Positions 9,841 to 20,706 of a stretch of 35,087 nt of DNA are shown one piece after another. The notes below the pieces were generated by a model. That model made no database searches. It was not told the origin of the DNA and saw only the letters and a list, made by a program, of their open reading frames with translations. A program made the position numbers and the translations under genes. The stretch's first letter is position 1; each line of letters starts with the position of its first letter. The stretch lies in UHGV virus genome UHGV-0145327. One strand, given 5' to 3'. The DNA comes from a virus.

Positions 9841-11094
9841 TTACTGCCCGGCAATAACGATGCCCGTATATTCAGGAACAAGTACAGAGCAACCGTACAG
9901 AGTGGTGAAACGAGCAGTGGTTACGCCTTTGATGTGGTCGAAGGCGTAAGACATGATCAGCGTAGCGCCCTGCTCGGTGGTTGCTGTCATTACCTGTGGA
10001 CCCTGACCAGTTGGGAACGCCAGTTTGCCGTACATCAGTTCAACAGAACCATCAGCCCAGAACAGGTTAGCCGGTGCGGCATTTTTGTTGAGAATGGTGA
10101 TTGCTGCGCTACTTGCCGCATTAGCATCAACGTTTGCATATGGACGGCTGGCGACATCCGAGTTGTCAGGCGGCAGAATTTTCGGGGAGATAGTTACTGT
10201 CGTTCCGCTAACTGCCAGAACGCGGAATACTTGCGGCTGCCCGGTGGTATCTTTGGTGATCTGGTGTACGGAATTCACCCCTGCGATGGTAAACGCATCG
10301 CCAACCTGCAAACCTTCAGCAGATACCGTAATGGTCCCCTGTCGGTTATCCACTGGCATATCGTTAGCATCTTTCGCTTCAACCTTGTGCGCAGGTGCTG
10401 CTGCCAGCGTAATGGAAGTTGCTGTACCCTTCGGAACACGACCAGAAATATCGGTCTTGTAGCTATCGAAGGACGCAACCGGAGGGATCTGCGCTTTTTC
10501 GTATGCTGTCAGGGTTGCGCCCTGAGCATAGGCTCGGTGACCAAGCTCGCCAGCAAGGTCTTTGTAGTTGAAGGGGTTCCAGAAAGAGCGACGGTTGATA
10601 CCCTGCGGTACACCAATCGCCGTCATGGTGGCATCAATACCTGCCGCACAGTTCCACAAATCACGGCCCTGTGAACCAGTGGTTGAGTCAGCCATTGTGA
10701 TCACGTTAGTAGCACGCTGCGTGACCATGGAAATCAGGTCCGAGTCAATCTGTGCAGCAAGGCGCATACCTGCGGCGCGACCAGCTTCAGTTTTATGTTC
10801 CGGGTCACGCATTTCACGCGCATCCAGAGTGTACAGAATGTTTTTCGGCTCCTTGAACACTGAAGGAACAAGGCGCTGAACCAGTGCTGTTGGCGTTTTG
10901 CTGCTGAGGTCTAGGCCTTCCTCAATGTTCATGTGGTAATGCTGCGGACGATACAGAACATCACCTGCTCGCTGCATTGCTGTATCACCGGGACGGAATT
11001 TTTTAGCGTTACGGGAAACTACGCAGGCGGCCTCAAAGCCTTCAACGTAGTTTTCGAACATGATTTCAAGGTCTTTTGCTAATTGGTTAGGCAT
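9841..11094 (-). CDS. Major capsid (coat) protein, P22 gp5-like (417 aa)
   Basis: ...SRNAKKFRPGDTAMQRAGDVLYRPQHYHMNIEEGLDLS... parallels P22 coat ...[38 protein letters not shown]...; length and position after scaffold fit. Confidence 0.9.
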   Translation of the reverse strand: MPNQLAKDLEIMFENYVEGFEAACVVSRNAKKFRPGDTAMQRAGDVLYRPQHYHMNIEEGLDLSSKTPTALVQRLVPSVFKEPKNILYTLDAREMRDPEHKTEAGRAAGMRLAAQIDSDLISMVTQRATNVITMADSTTGSQGRDLWNCAAGIDATMTAIGVPQGINRRSFWNPFNYKDLAGELGHRAYAQGATLTAYEKAQIPPVASFDSYKTDISGRVPKGTATSITLAAAPAHKVEAKDANDMPVDNRQGTITVSAEGLQVGDAFTIAGVNSVHQITKDTTGQPQVFRVLAVSGTTVTISPKILPPDNSDVASRPYANVDANAASSAAITILNKNAAPANLFWADGSVELMYGKLAFPTGQGPQVMTATTEQGATLIMSYAFDHIKGVTTARFTTLYGCSVLVPEYTGIVIAGQ

Positions 11095-11112
11095 GCTTAA
11101 TGCTCCGATAGG

Positions 11113-12006
11113 TTATTTTTTTGCCTTTTTAGCGGCGAAATACGGCGTCCAGTCACCAGTTTCCCGCGCCTTGGCTTTCAGTTTGTCGAGGTTATTGATT
11201 ACTGCGCCGTTGCTCCCCTTAACTGTCGGGGTTGTGGCTGCCGTGGTTTTTGCTTTTGGCATGATTCTGGCCTTCGATTCGATACGTTCCAGCAGACGAC
11301 CAATTGCTACTGGGTTGGTAGCTTCTGCCAGTTGCTTGCGCAGTTCAGCGTTGCGACCGAGCGCGAGAACAACGATTTCCGGCTTCTCTGACTCAAACAG
11401 GATCGCGTTTTGTGTCTCGATGGGGATTTCCTCGAGTACAGCCTGTTCTGCTTCCTGATAGCCAGGAACTTTGAGAGCCTTAACACGTTGCTGATATTTG
11501 GATAATCGCTCTTGATAGGCAGCCTGAAGCTCCTGCTCCTTCTGCTTGCGAGCCATCTCCTGTTGCTGGTACTTGCCGTTATCCTCTGCCCACTTAGCCA
11601 TGCGTTGCTGGTAGATTTCTTCATCGAAACCGATGTCATCATCGTCCAGTTTTGGCATTCGCGGTGGTTGAGTGATTACCGGCTGCTGCTCGACGGGTTT
11701 CTGAGACTGACGCATCAGCTCTTTCAGCTCGCGGTCTTTCTCTTTAATCGTCTTGCGCAGGTGTTTTACCAGTCCATGCTCTGCGCCATCTTCGCTGGTT
11801 GGCGAATCCAGCTTTTCGTCACCAAAGTAGAATTCCTGTTCTGATTCGTCGTCATCAGTTTCAGTAGCTTCCTCTGCATCATTGCCGGAGGACTCACTGC
11901 CATCTTCTGTTTCGACTTCTTCAACCAGTTCGACATCATCAGGAATCTGCTCTGACGCGTCGGTTTCGATTTCAACTTCTGGTGTGTTTTCTGCCATCTG
12001 GTCCAT
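11113..12006 (-). CDS. Scaffolding protein, P22 gp8-like (297 aa)
   Basis: Highly acidic N-terminal region, coiled-coil-like middle, basic C-terminus (..KAKARETGDWTPYFAAKKAKK) typical of the coat-binding end of P22-type scaffold; lies between portal and coat. Confidence 0.8.
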   Translation of the reverse strand: MDQMAENTPEVEIETDASEQIPDDVELVEEVETEDGSESSGNDAEEATETDDDESEQEFYFGDEKLDSPTSEDGAEHGLVKHLRKTIKEKDRELKELMRQSQKPVEQQPVITQPPRMPKLDDDDIGFDEEIYQQRMAKWAEDNGKYQQQEMARKQKEQELQAAYQERLSKYQQRVKALKVPGYQEAEQAVLEEIPIETQNAILFESEKPEIVVLALGRNAELRKQLAEATNPVAIGRLLERIESKARIMPKAKTTAATTPTVKGSNGAVINNLDKLKAKARETGDWTPYFAAKKAKK

Positions 12007-12096
12007 TTGTTACCCCTGTTTACTCGATGTTCAGCCCATCGGAAGGCAATAGGGTGCCAGGCCTCATAAAGACAGCCATTGCACGTTATGGGTTAA

Positions 12097-14313
12097 TTAC
12101 TGCTGTGGTTGTTGCTGAGTTGATTTTTGCAGGATGCTGCTGATGTCCATGCGCTGCGCATGGCCCTGTGCCTGACTTTTCAGGACAAGCTCTGCATCAG
12201 CACGGGCATTGTCTCCTTGCTGTTGCTGGAACTGTCCGAGCAGTTTCAGAGCCTCGCGGATATCAGATTTCTGCTGGCTATCAGCAGATGCGAGGATTTT
12301 CACAACGTTTGCCGCTGCAACCTGAGCATCAGTCTGTGCCTGGAATGCTTTAACCTGAATGGCTGCCTGCTCGTTCTGCGCTTTCTGCAATTCAGCCTGA
12401 CCAGCAAGAAGCTGACCTTGCGCAGCAACCATAGCCGGATCTGGCTGACTGGCCTGTTGTTGTTTCGCCTGCTCAACCATCTGCTGTTCTTCTGGCGTTC
12501 TCGGCTTGATAACTCCAGACAGAAGCAACTGATTGCGGTTGTATTCTTTAAGGTCGTCCATCCCTTCGCCGTCCATATTGTCGAGGATCATCGACGATAC
12601 AAGGTCGTGTTTCGACGTTCCTGGCGGGATAAGTGCCAGCATGGAAAGTAACGACTTAACCGTTGCGTCACGGCGAGTAGCGAACGACTGACCGACATCG
12701 ACAGTCACTTCATAGTTACCCTGAGAAAGGTCGTTAAGCGCGATAACCTGCCCTGTCTGACGGTCAACCACTTCACCAGTCATCAGCGCCACGTCATCGC
12801 TGCCGTCCTCATTAACGATACGCATCGGCGTATCACTACCATAGACCTCACGTGCCATAGAAAGCCACACGACGCCAGCACGGCGCATGGATTTAGCCAT
12901 GTTGTCCATGTAGATATAGGACTGCGTGTCCATCCGGTTAAAGATGCTATCAACGGTATCGGTAGCGACGTTGCTCGGCATGTTCTCAAGCTGCGACGCA
13001 CCTGTAATTTGCTGAATAGCCGTTCCGGTGTACTGCAATAGCCCGGCAAGAGCTGGCGGCATTTGTGTCGGAGGTGTATAACTGCTGACCTGAGCCTGCG
13101 CAGTAATATCTCCGTTTTTGTTTTTCAGACTGACCATCGGCAGGAACGCCGGGCGCTTTTTGTTGCGCTCCGCCCAATGAGTGGCAAGAGGACCAGGAAT
13201 CATGTCAACATCAACTACAGGAATGCCATCACCGCCAGCCTGAGTAGCGTTATCTGCAATCATGGAAACCATCAGGTTCTCAAGACGCTGTGCATCCATC
13301 GCTTTTGCTGCGTGGCCTTCTATTCGCTCCTGATTATCAACAAATGAGCGACGCCCATATACCGGGATGAGAGGAATATGTTCGCCCGGAATACGCTTCG
13401 GTTCTTCCAGCCATTCAGCGCCAGACAGAAGACCGCAATAAACTCTGCGTTTCTTCACTGTCCGCTCACCAATCAGTTCGAATGCGCCATCGGTCAGCTC
13501 GTCGACAATATCTTTGATTTGCTCTTCATCATAGATTGCCGTTTCTCCGCTAACAGGGTTGCGCCATGCCGTGAGCTTCACCTTCTCTATGCGAACTTCG
13601 TAGTAGCGACCAACATAGATGGCATCTGGCGTTGACCAGTCATATTGAGTGCCAGTGTCATCACGAGAAAGGCTTGCCGCGATGGAATCAGGGTATTCAG
13701 CCTCGAACGCTTTAGGCGTCATGGAGAACATTTCCATAGCCCACATAGCATCAGAGCGGTCATATTGCTTGCTGTCCTGATCGAAGAAAACGCATGTCGC
13801 TGGGTCGTAAACAGGAAGAAGGCTGATGCGTCGCTGCTCGTTACTTGGGTCCATTTCATCTTCGTAATCGGCACACATGCGGAAACAACCGAATCCGCCC
13901 GTTACAGCATCATCAAATGCGTTATCACACGCTTCGCCACCGGATGTTTCCTGATAGTCAGCGCGGAATTTGCCGTTCATCTTTTCGGCTAACGCTTCCG
14001 ATGCCTTGTCATCCTTCGGCCTGAATTTAACGCTGATGCGATTCTGTCGATACTCGCCAATGATGCGATCACATTCACGGGCAATCTTATTCAGTTCAAA
14101 GCGCGGATAATGCTCAAACCTGCCTTCATCAAATGAGTAACCAGCGTTTGTGCTGCCTTCCCACTGTGCGCCGGACACCCGGACGAAACGTTGAGCCTCA
14201 ATAATCTGCTCTCGCATATCCTGCGTTGCTGACCAGGCATTATCAAAGTTGCACAGCACCTTGCGATGCCAGTCAGTCATCTTTCTATCATCAGCCATCA
14301 TCCAACTCCGCAA
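12097..14313 (-). CDS. Portal protein, P22 gp1-like (738 aa)
   Basis: Size and position between terminase large subunit and scaffold; Gln-rich C-terminal helical tail as in P22 portal. Confidence 0.85.
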   Translation of the reverse strand: MRSWMMADDRKMTDWHRKVLCNFDNAWSATQDMREQIIEAQRFVRVSGAQWEGSTNAGYSFDEGRFEHYPRFELNKIARECDRIIGEYRQNRISVKFRPKDDKASEALAEKMNGKFRADYQETSGGEACDNAFDDAVTGGFGCFRMCADYEDEMDPSNEQRRISLLPVYDPATCVFFDQDSKQYDRSDAMWAMEMFSMTPKAFEAEYPDSIAASLSRDDTGTQYDWSTPDAIYVGRYYEVRIEKVKLTAWRNPVSGETAIYDEEQIKDIVDELTDGAFELIGERTVKKRRVYCGLLSGAEWLEEPKRIPGEHIPLIPVYGRRSFVDNQERIEGHAAKAMDAQRLENLMVSMIADNATQAGGDGIPVVDVDMIPGPLATHWAERNKKRPAFLPMVSLKNKNGDITAQAQVSSYTPPTQMPPALAGLLQYTGTAIQQITGASQLENMPSNVATDTVDSIFNRMDTQSYIYMDNMAKSMRRAGVVWLSMAREVYGSDTPMRIVNEDGSDDVALMTGEVVDRQTGQVIALNDLSQGNYEVTVDVGQSFATRRDATVKSLLSMLALIPPGTSKHDLVSSMILDNMDGEGMDDLKEYNRNQLLLSGVIKPRTPEEQQMVEQAKQQQASQPDPAMVAAQGQLLAGQAELQKAQNEQAAIQVKAFQAQTDAQVAAANVVKILASADSQQKSDIREALKLLGQFQQQQGDNARADAELVLKSQAQGHAQRMDISSILQKSTQQQPQQ

Positions 14314-15794
14314 GGTATGTTGTAGCTTGAGTAATCAATCTCTTTAGGATCTTTGATGTCTCGCATCTGTATTGCAAAACGCCTCATCATGTAGCCATAG
14401 CGAACAGCAGAAAGGATGTCGTCATTTAGCTTGACGATCTTCCCGTTCTCATCGCGGTGATACAGGCGAAACTCTTCAAAGAATGGCTCGCAGGTGTTAA
14501 ATACCTTGAAACGACCGTCGAGCATCATGTCGCGTATCTCTGCTATCCCGGGTTCGACCGCATTACCTCCATCAGGCCATGTTGCATGATCTGGCAACAT
14601 GTCGAACCCAGCGTCGGCGTATTGTTCCTTGAGCTGAGCGCCGCCTCCCTTTTCGTGCTGATGCCCGTCATGAGGCCAAGCCGTAGGGGTGTTTTTGCTC
14701 CATGCTTTAACAGCACTCCATGCCTCTGTCGCCTTCTTCTGTTTGGCCTTCCAGACGCGAGAAAGATAAATCACGTCCTCGTCTTTATCCCACCAAAGCT
14801 GGATATGTGCCTGTGGGTGATCCCATCCGAAGTCCATTGCATTGATGACGTAGAAGTGATCAGGACACTCGAACGGCTGACACTTAATCGTCTCTTCCGG
14901 TATCTGGAAGATTCGACCACTACCCATCGTAGGAATACCGCGAGTACGCGCCTCTCTCTCATGCTCAGGATAGGATGCGATGATTTGCTCTTTCTGCTCG
15001 TCGGTATAGTGCTCAGCGTCATAGATGGTCATGTTGACCACTTTCTGCGACTTGCTGGGATTCTTCAGGAACTTGGTAACAACGTCAGACATCCCCATCA
15101 GCGGGGTAAACGTCAGAATTGAGAATTGCCCGTATTTGTTGGTACGGGTAAGACCTTCGCCATAAATGCTGTATGGTGGCTCTTCGTCAAACCACACGCC
15201 GTGGATTGTGTCACCCTGCCAGCGAGCACGGCCTTGCGAGTATGGTTTGAAGTAGCAGATTGAAATGCCATCTTCAACGCCATCAGCCGTGTGATGCTTA
15301 ACCAGAAGGTGATCAACAAGGTTCGGAAAGAAAGGAGACTTCTTCCAGCTAATGATGTCTTCTTTCGGTATGGAACCGTAGCCTGGCTCGTCATTCTCTT
15401 CGATACGACCGCACAGGATGCGTTGAGTCGTTTTGGTTACCGTCTCGTTTGTCTCGCCGCCAATCCAGAAGACAACAGGCTCATAGAAACGCTTACCTTT
15501 CCACTCACCGCCATATTTACCATCAGCAGGATAGCCTTTTGTGCCCGGATAACGCCCGGTAAGGTGAAACGCGACTTCAGCAGCACCAGTAAATGACTTA
15601 CCAAGCTGGTTACCAGCCATAAAACATCGCTCTGGATAGTCATGCCCGGCGTCGATGAACTCACGCTGTTTGCTGTATGGCGTAAATTCATATAGCAGGT
15701 GTGTGTTCCGGTAGTTTTCTTCTTCTTCGAGTAGCTCGAGCAATTCGATTTGCTCTTCGTCGCTCAGGTTATCAAGAATCGCGTCCAGTTCCAC
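14298..15794 (-). CDS. Terminase large subunit (498 aa)
   Basis: Length matches P22 gp2 (499 aa); lies between the small-subunit and portal genes with overlapping starts. Confidence 0.85.
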   Translation of the reverse strand: MELDAILDNLSDEEQIELLELLEEEENYRNTHLLYEFTPYSKQREFIDAGHDYPERCFMAGNQLGKSFTGAAEVAFHLTGRYPGTKGYPADGKYGGEWKGKRFYEPVVFWIGGETNETVTKTTQRILCGRIEENDEPGYGSIPKEDIISWKKSPFFPNLVDHLLVKHHTADGVEDGISICYFKPYSQGRARWQGDTIHGVWFDEEPPYSIYGEGLTRTNKYGQFSILTFTPLMGMSDVVTKFLKNPSKSQKVVNMTIYDAEHYTDEQKEQIIASYPEHEREARTRGIPTMGSGRIFQIPEETIKCQPFECPDHFYVINAMDFGWDHPQAHIQLWWDKDEDVIYLSRVWKAKQKKATEAWSAVKAWSKNTPTAWPHDGHQHEKGGGAQLKEQYADAGFDMLPDHATWPDGGNAVEPGIAEIRDMMLDGRFKVFNTCEPFFEEFRLYHRDENGKIVKLNDDILSAVRYGYMMRRFAIQMRDIKDPKEIDYSSYNIPCGVG

Positions 15795-16296
15795 GGTTGA
15801 ATAGCTCCTTGATACGAGAGCGTCGCTTATCGCGATCTCCCTTATCAGGTGTCACGTCTTCAACTTGCGACTGCTCTTTGAGGCCCAAATCACGGGCGAT
15901 GATGTTAGCGTTGAGAAGGTCAGCGGCTGCGCCAGAGAATTTCTGGTCGTAGATGATGTCTTCCGCTCGTGATGTGACGTCAGAAAAACCTTCCATTGAC
16001 CGGAAGGTTCCCCATGTTTGCCTGGTGATATCAAGGAAGGTACACAATCCTGAAATAGTCATGGCTCGCATCTTAGGGACATTAGCCTTAATTATTTCTC
16101 CCTGATATGAAAATACCTTACCCTCCCATAGCGGGTTATCATCAGCCCACTCGAAGTATTCACAACAAGCAGCCCACAGCGCCTCAGGCGATTCGAATTT
16201 AGGATTTCGCCCATGACTACTGCGGGCCTCCCAAAATCGGTTGCCCTTTGGTGCTGCCATATGATTATTTCCCTTCTGCTTGCTTATCCCATTCAT
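15772..16296 (-). CDS. Terminase small subunit (start uncertain; MNGISK... or internal [11 protein letters not shown]...)
   Basis: Immediately upstream of and overlapping the large-subunit gene; size fits P22/Sf6-type small subunits. Confidence 0.75.
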   Translation of the reverse strand: MNGISKQKGNNHMAAPKGNRFWEARSSHGRNPKFESPEALWAACCEYFEWADDNPLWEGKVFSYQGEIIKANVPKMRAMTISGLCTFLDITRQTWGTFRSMEGFSDVTSRAEDIIYDQKFSGAAADLLNANIIARDLGLKEQSQVEDVTPDKGDRDKRRSRIKELFNRGTGRDS

Positions 16297-16338
16297 CGCG
16301 GAATTTGGATGGGTTGTCGAAACCTTGAGTTGCCATGT

Positions 16339-16581
16339 TTATGCTCCGGTAGTGAACAGGTCTAACGCTTCCTTCGATTTACGCACCGCTTCAAATGTGC
16401 GGATCGTGATATCTGAATTAGCGCCGCCTGACTGGAAGTGAATTTTGAATAGCTCAAGCTTCAACTCGTCAGTGCCAATGAACTGAAATGCTTCCTCTGC
16501 GGCTGCGTTCTGGTTCATGACCAGTTTGTAAATCTCTAACTGGAATTTCTGTTCTTCAGTCATGGGAATAATCTCTGCCAT
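16339..16581 (-). CDS. Hypothetical protein (80 aa) upstream of terminase
   Basis: Complete ORF with appropriate spacing before the terminase small-subunit gene; no family recognised. Confidence 0.5.
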   Translation of the reverse strand: MAEIIPMTEEQKFQLEIYKLVMNQNAAAEEAFQFIGTDELKLELFKIHFQSGGANSDITIRTFEAVRKSKEALDLFTTGA

Positions 16582-17028
16582 TGTTGGCTCCGTTTATCCG
16601 TTAAAAGGGATATCAGTTAAGTTATCCCGTGTAGGGTATAAGCCATTGTCGAGACCACTCATTGAATGGTCTCTGCAATAACCGATGTCTTTCCATCAGT
16701 CCGCCACCACAAAGAATCTTTTTTGCCATAAGGCAGGAGGTTCATCTTTCAGTGGCTGCCAGTGTTATTTTCCCACTTTCTGGCTTGGGTTGTTTCGCTG
16801 TACTGCCGTAACTGGTTACCCAGAATAAATTCCGGTTTCATTATCAAGCCCACCCGTAGATGGGCTTTGTAATGAACTGGCTCTTATCTCAACGCAGCCC
16901 CTTACCGCGCGCCAGATGCTCAACTTCAAGCATCAGCAATGAGATGTTTAATCTGGATTCACTCCAGAAGTGATCACCACCCTGTCTACAGAGCCAGATG
17001 TGAAGGATGATGAGTAAAATTATCGCTA

Positions 17029-17466
17029 TCATCGAAGGCATTGCGTCCTGATGTATTCCTGCAAGTAGTTAACCTGCGCGGTTATCCTGTCGATTCCACT
17101 TCGGAGACGGTAATAATTGAGTTCAGCATCTGCTGTAAGTCCTGGGCTTTCTCCATCGCCCATGCTGCTGGCTCCGGTCGTTGACTTTGCACAGGTGGCG
17201 GCGACTTGCAGGCGCTTACGACCAGCAGAAACATCAGCACGGAGACTTTCGATAGTCGCGTTAGCATCAGCAAGTTCCTTTGTATATCTTGCGTCGAGTT
17301 CTGCTACATCACGTTGACGCTTCTGCATATCAGCGATGATGGATGTGGCTTTATCGCGCTGTTCTTTGTAGGCGATGGCGTTATCACGGTAATGATTAAC
17401 AGCCCATGACAGGCAGACGATGATGCAGATAACCAGAGCAGAGATAATCGCGGTGACTCTGCTCAT
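17029..17466 (-). CDS. Rz: Spanin inner-membrane subunit Rz (145 aa)
   Basis: [31 protein letters not shown]... matches the lambda Rz N-terminus; start overlaps the R stop. Confidence 0.9.
   Translation of the reverse strand: MSRVTAIISALVICIIVCLSWAVNHYRDNAIAYKEQRDKATSIIADMQKRQRDVAELDARYTKELADANATIESLRADVSAGRKRLQVAATCAKSTTGASSMGDGESPGLTADAELNYYRLRSGIDRITAQVNYLQEYIRTQCLR
17082..17273 (-). CDS. Rz1: Spanin outer-membrane lipoprotein Rz1 (63 aa), embedded in the +1 frame of Rz
   Basis: [27 protein letters not shown]...: signal peptide with lipobox VSAC and a proline-rich mature part, entirely inside Rz. Confidence 0.85.
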   Translation of the reverse strand: MLMLTRLSKVSVLMFLLVVSACKSPPPVQSQRPEPAAWAMEKAQDLQQMLNSIITVSEVESTG

Positions 17467-17939
17467 ACCTCAATCTCTCTGACCGTTCCGCCAGCTTCTT
17501 TGAATTTTGCAATCAGGCTGTCAACCTTATGCTCGAACTGACCGTAACCAGCCCCCGGCAGTGAAGCCCAGATATTGCTGCAACGGTCGATTGCCTGACG
17601 GATATCACCGCGATCAATCATCGGTAAAGCGCCACGTTCCTTAATCTGTTGCAGTGCCACAGCGTCCTGGCTTTTCGGAGAGAAGTCTTTCAGGCCAAGC
17701 TGCTTACGATAGGCATCCCACCAACGGGAAAGAAGCTGGTAACGTCCGGCTGCTGTTGATTTGAGTTTGGGGTTTAGCGTGACAAGTTTGCGAGGGTGAT
17801 CGGAGTAATCAGTGAATAGCTCTCCGCCAACAATGACGTCATAACCATGATTTCTGGTTTTCTGACGTCCGTTATCAGTTCCCTCCGACCACGCCAGCAT
17901 ATCGAGGAACGCCTTACGTTGATTATTGATTTCCACCAT
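17463..17939 (-). CDS. R: Endolysin, lambda R-type lytic transglycosylase (158 aa)
   Basis: [53 protein letters not shown]... is essentially the lambda R sequence as recalled. Confidence 0.95.
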   Translation of the reverse strand: MVEINNQRKAFLDMLAWSEGTDNGRQKTRNHGYDVIVGGELFTDYSDHPRKLVTLNPKLKSTAAGRYQLLSRWWDAYRKQLGLKDFSPKSQDAVALQQIKERGALPMIDRGDIRQAIDRCSNIWASLPGAGYGQFEHKVDSLIAKFKEAGGTVREIEV

Positions 17940-18246
17940 CTTCTACTCCGGCTTTTTTAGCAGCGAAGCGTTTGATAAGCGAACCAATCGAGTCAGTGCC
18001 GATATAGCCGATGAACACGCTCGTTATATAAGCGAGATTGCTACTTAGTCCGGCGAAGTCGAGAAGGTCACGAATGAACCAGGCGATAATGGCGCACATC
18101 GTTGCGTCGATTACTGTTTTTGTAAACGCACCGCCATTATATCTGCCGCGAAGGTACGCCATTGCAAACGCAAGGATTGCCCCGATGCCTTGTTCCTTTG
18201 CCGCGAGAATGGCGGCTAACAGGTCATGTTTTTCTGGCATCTTCAT
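17923..18246 (-). CDS. S: Holin/antiholin, lambda S-type (107 aa, dual Met1/Met3 start)
   Basis: [62 protein letters not shown]... is nearly identical to lambda S107 as recalled, including the M-K-M dual-start motif. Confidence 0.95.
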   Translation of the reverse strand: MKMPEKHDLLAAILAAKEQGIGAILAFAMAYLRGRYNGGAFTKTVIDATMCAIIAWFIRDLLDFAGLSSNLAYITSVFIGYIGTDSIGSLIKRFAAKKAGVEDGGNQ

Positions 18247-18964
18247 GTCTTACCCCCAATAAGGGGATTTGCTCTATTTAATTAGGAATAAGGTCGATTA
18301 CTGATAGAACAAATCCAGGCTACTGTGTTTAGTAATCAGATTTGTTCGTGACCGATATGCACGGGCAAAACGGCAGGAGGTTGTTAGCGCAGCCTCTTGC
18401 CACCCGCTTTCACGAAGGTCATGTGTAGAAGGCCGCAGCATAACTATCACTGATGAATTCAGGATAGCCAGTGGCTACGGCTCAGTTTGGATTGTGGCGA
18501 CCGGTGCTGATCTCCGGTTTGCTGCAACTGCCTACAGCGGGCTACGTGGCCACACCGAATCCAGCGAAAGATTCTTGCCCTTACACATCAGCCTGTGCAT
18601 TCACCACAACTGAAAGAGCACTTGCGGAGTCGAACCGCCTTGGCTTCTAGAACTTTCGCATATAGCTAATCGCTAGTCTCCGTCACCAGTAATGCTCTTT
18701 CCGTTGTGTGCCCATTATTAATCACACCGGGCCAGTGCGCCGAATTTGTTTACAAGGAGTCGGAAGACCTTGCTGACTTACAGGCTATTACGCCGCCATC
18801 AGAACAACATCATCGTTTGCATTTATCTTTGTGGTCAGTTTCTAAAAAACCGCAAAGTCGCCAACTCTGACGAAAACTATCGTTGTGCTGCCACAACGAT
18901 AAGAGCACTCGGTGCATTTAAGCCAAGCCCCATAAGGGAGAATGCTCTTACCTGTTACACAGAT

Positions 18965-19024
18965 ATAAAAAATCCCGAAACCGTTATGCAGGCTCTAACT
19001 ATTACCTGCGAACTGTTTCGGGAT
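18965..19024 (-). terminator. tR'-like intrinsic terminator ending the short PR' transcript
   Basis: On the minus strand, CCCGAAAC...GTTTCGGG (with an inner GCAGG...CCTGC pairing) is followed by ATTTTTTAT. Confidence 0.6.
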
Positions 19025-19165
19025 TGCATTTTGCAGACCTCTCTGCCTGCAATGGTTGGAGTTCCAGACGATACGTCGAAGTGACCAACTAGGCGGAATC
19101 GGTAGTAAGCGCCGCCTCTTTTCATCTCACTACCACAACGAGCGAATTAACCCATCGTTGAGTCA

Positions 19166-19194
19166 AATTTACCCAATTTTATTCAATAAGTCAA
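19166..19194 (-). promoter_or_regulatory. Late promoter PR' (-35 TTGACT, 17-bp spacer, -10 TAAATT), with the Q-utilisation region expected to overlap it
   Basis: On the minus strand: TTGACTtattgaataaaattgggTAAATTtgactcaacgatggg, just downstream of the Q stop. Confidence 0.6.
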
Positions 19195-19236
19195 TATCAT
19201 GCCGTTAATATGTTGCCATCCGTGGCAATCATGCTG

Positions 19237-19860
19237 CTAACGTGTGACCGCATTCAAAATGTTGTCTGCGATTGACTCTTCTTTGTGGCATTGCACCACC
19301 AGAGCGTCATACAGCGGCTTAACAGTGCGTGACCAGGTGGGTTGAGTAAGGTTTGGGATTAGCATCGTTACAGCGCGATATGCGGCGCTTGCTGGCATTC
19401 TTGAATAGCCGACACCTTTGCATCTTCCGCATTCTTTCTCAACAACTCTCCCCCACAGTTCTGTTTTGGCTATATCAACCGCCCGACCTGTACCGTGGCA
19501 ATCTCTGCATCTTGCGCCCGGCGTCGCGGCACTACGGCAATAATCAGCATAAGCGAATGTTGCGAGCACTTGCAGTACCTTTGCCTTAGTATTTCCTTCA
19601 AGCTTTGCAACGCAACGGTATTTCCCCGATACCTTGTGTGCAAATTGCATCAGATAGTTGATGGCTTTTTGTTTGTCATTCTGGCTGAGTTCGTGCTTAC
19701 CACAGAACGCAGCCATTCCAAATCCGGCTTGTGATTGCGCCATCCCCATAGCAGCCATCACATCAGTACCGGAAAGAGAGTCAGAAGCCGTAGCCCGTGG
19801 TGAGTCGCTCATCATCGGGCTTTTTGGCGAATGAAATTTAGCCACGCTTTCGAGTCTCAT
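19237..19860 (-). CDS. Q: Late-gene antiterminator Q (207 aa)
   Basis: [82 protein letters not shown]... is near-identical to lambda Q as recalled. Confidence 0.95.
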   Translation of the reverse strand: MRLESVAKFHSPKSPMMSDSPRATASDSLSGTDVMAAMGMAQSQAGFGMAAFCGKHELSQNDKQKAINYLMQFAHKVSGKYRCVAKLEGNTKAKVLQVLATFAYADYCRSAATPGARCRDCHGTGRAVDIAKTELWGRVVEKECGRCKGVGYSRMPASAAYRAVTMLIPNLTQPTWSRTVKPLYDALVVQCHKEESIADNILNAVTR

Positions 19861-20522
19861 GCGCCTTCTCCCTGTACTTGAATCAATGTGAGGTTTCCGC
19901 AGAACACTGCGCCGGTATCGATATACATCTGGTTGGCAAACTTGAGTGGTTTCACTGCTGGCGTATGACCAAAGATGAACGTGTCCGCGCCTTTGATTTC
20001 TTTCACGATCCCGTCTTGTGAGTTGCTGATTCGTTCGCGGTTCCAGATTACCTGCTGATGATCAACTGGCTTTCCAAACTCGTATTCGTCACAAGGATAA
20101 TCGGCGTGGCAGATGACATATTTTTTATCTTTGCTCACCAGTTCGATGATTAACGGAAGTTCATCTGCTTTATGGGCAAGAGCTTTAGCCAGAATTTCTT
20201 TGTCGTAATCGAGATTAAAGAACCAGCCACCGCCATTAAGCAGCCAGTGATTGACGTTTCCACGCTCTGATAAGCCATCAATCATCATTTGCTCATGGTT
20301 TCCACGTACAGCTCTGAACCAGGGGGATGTGATTAATTCCAGGCATTCGACGTTCTCTGTACCGCGATCAACCAAATCGCCCACCGAGATAAGCAGGTCT
20401 TTTTTGGTGTCGAATCCTATCGTCTCCAGTTTTTTCATCAGGTTCGTGTAGCATCCGTGCAGATCGCCAACTACCCAAATATTTCGGTATTTGCTGCCAT
20501 CAATTCTTTCGTAATAGCGCAT
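19857..20522 (-). CDS. Ser/Thr protein phosphatase, lambda NinI-like (221 aa from [12 protein letters not shown])
   Basis: GDLHG and GNHE metallophosphatase motifs ([25 protein letters not shown]); matches the lambda phosphatase as recalled. Confidence 0.9.
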   Translation of the reverse strand: MRYYERIDGSKYRNIWVVGDLHGCYTNLMKKLETIGFDTKKDLLISVGDLVDRGTENVECLELITSPWFRAVRGNHEQMMIDGLSERGNVNHWLLNGGGWFFNLDYDKEILAKALAHKADELPLIIELVSKDKKYVICHADYPCDEYEFGKPVDHQQVIWNRERISNSQDGIVKEIKGADTFIFGHTPAVKPLKFANQMYIDTGAVFCGNLTLIQVQGEGA

Positions 20523-20706
20523 CTCTTTCACTCCATCCGCGATGAACCATAAGAACGTCGTTGACGATGGCGTGCATTTTCCCGTCTTTATCATCAACGT
20601 ATTTTCTGACCGTGCCGCGACTACATTTCAGTCTGCGTGCTACTTCTGTCTGGTTTCCGTATGCTTCAACGAGCATGTCTGGAATGGTTTTTACTGAGAA
20701 CGTCAT
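20500..20706 (-). CDS. ninH: NinH (68 aa)
   Basis: [51 protein letters not shown]... is lambda NinH-like. Confidence 0.85.
   Translation of the reverse strand: MTFSVKTIPDMLVEAYGNQTEVARRLKCSRGTVRKYVDDKDGKMHAIVNDVLMVHRGWSERDALLRKN

Noticed and set aside
9787-10674. Plus-strand 295-aa ORF (and 10025..10462, 10568..10879)
   Set aside because: Antisense to the coat protein gene; Cys/Arg-rich low-complexity translation typical of spurious reverse-frame ORFs.
11307-11844. Overlapping ORFs (11307..11642 minus, 11512..11844 plus, 11766..11975 minus)
   Set aside because: All fall within the scaffolding gene in alternative frames or antisense; the scaffold frame has the expected composition and synteny.
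14457-15122. Plus-strand 221-aa ORF
   Set aside because: Antisense within the terminase large subunit gene.
18540-18720. tRNA-like T-loop motif (GGTTCGACTCC on the minus strand) with a 9-bp complementary flank
   Set aside because: No cloverleaf could be built (no D-arm or anticodon arm of correct spacing), and the segment is part of the Q-to-S intergenic region that I recall as near-identical in lambda, where no tRNA is annotated.
18746-19084. Plus-strand 112-aa ORF between S and Q
   Set aside because: It overlaps the PR'/short-transcript/tR' region on the opposite strand and has no ribosome-binding site.
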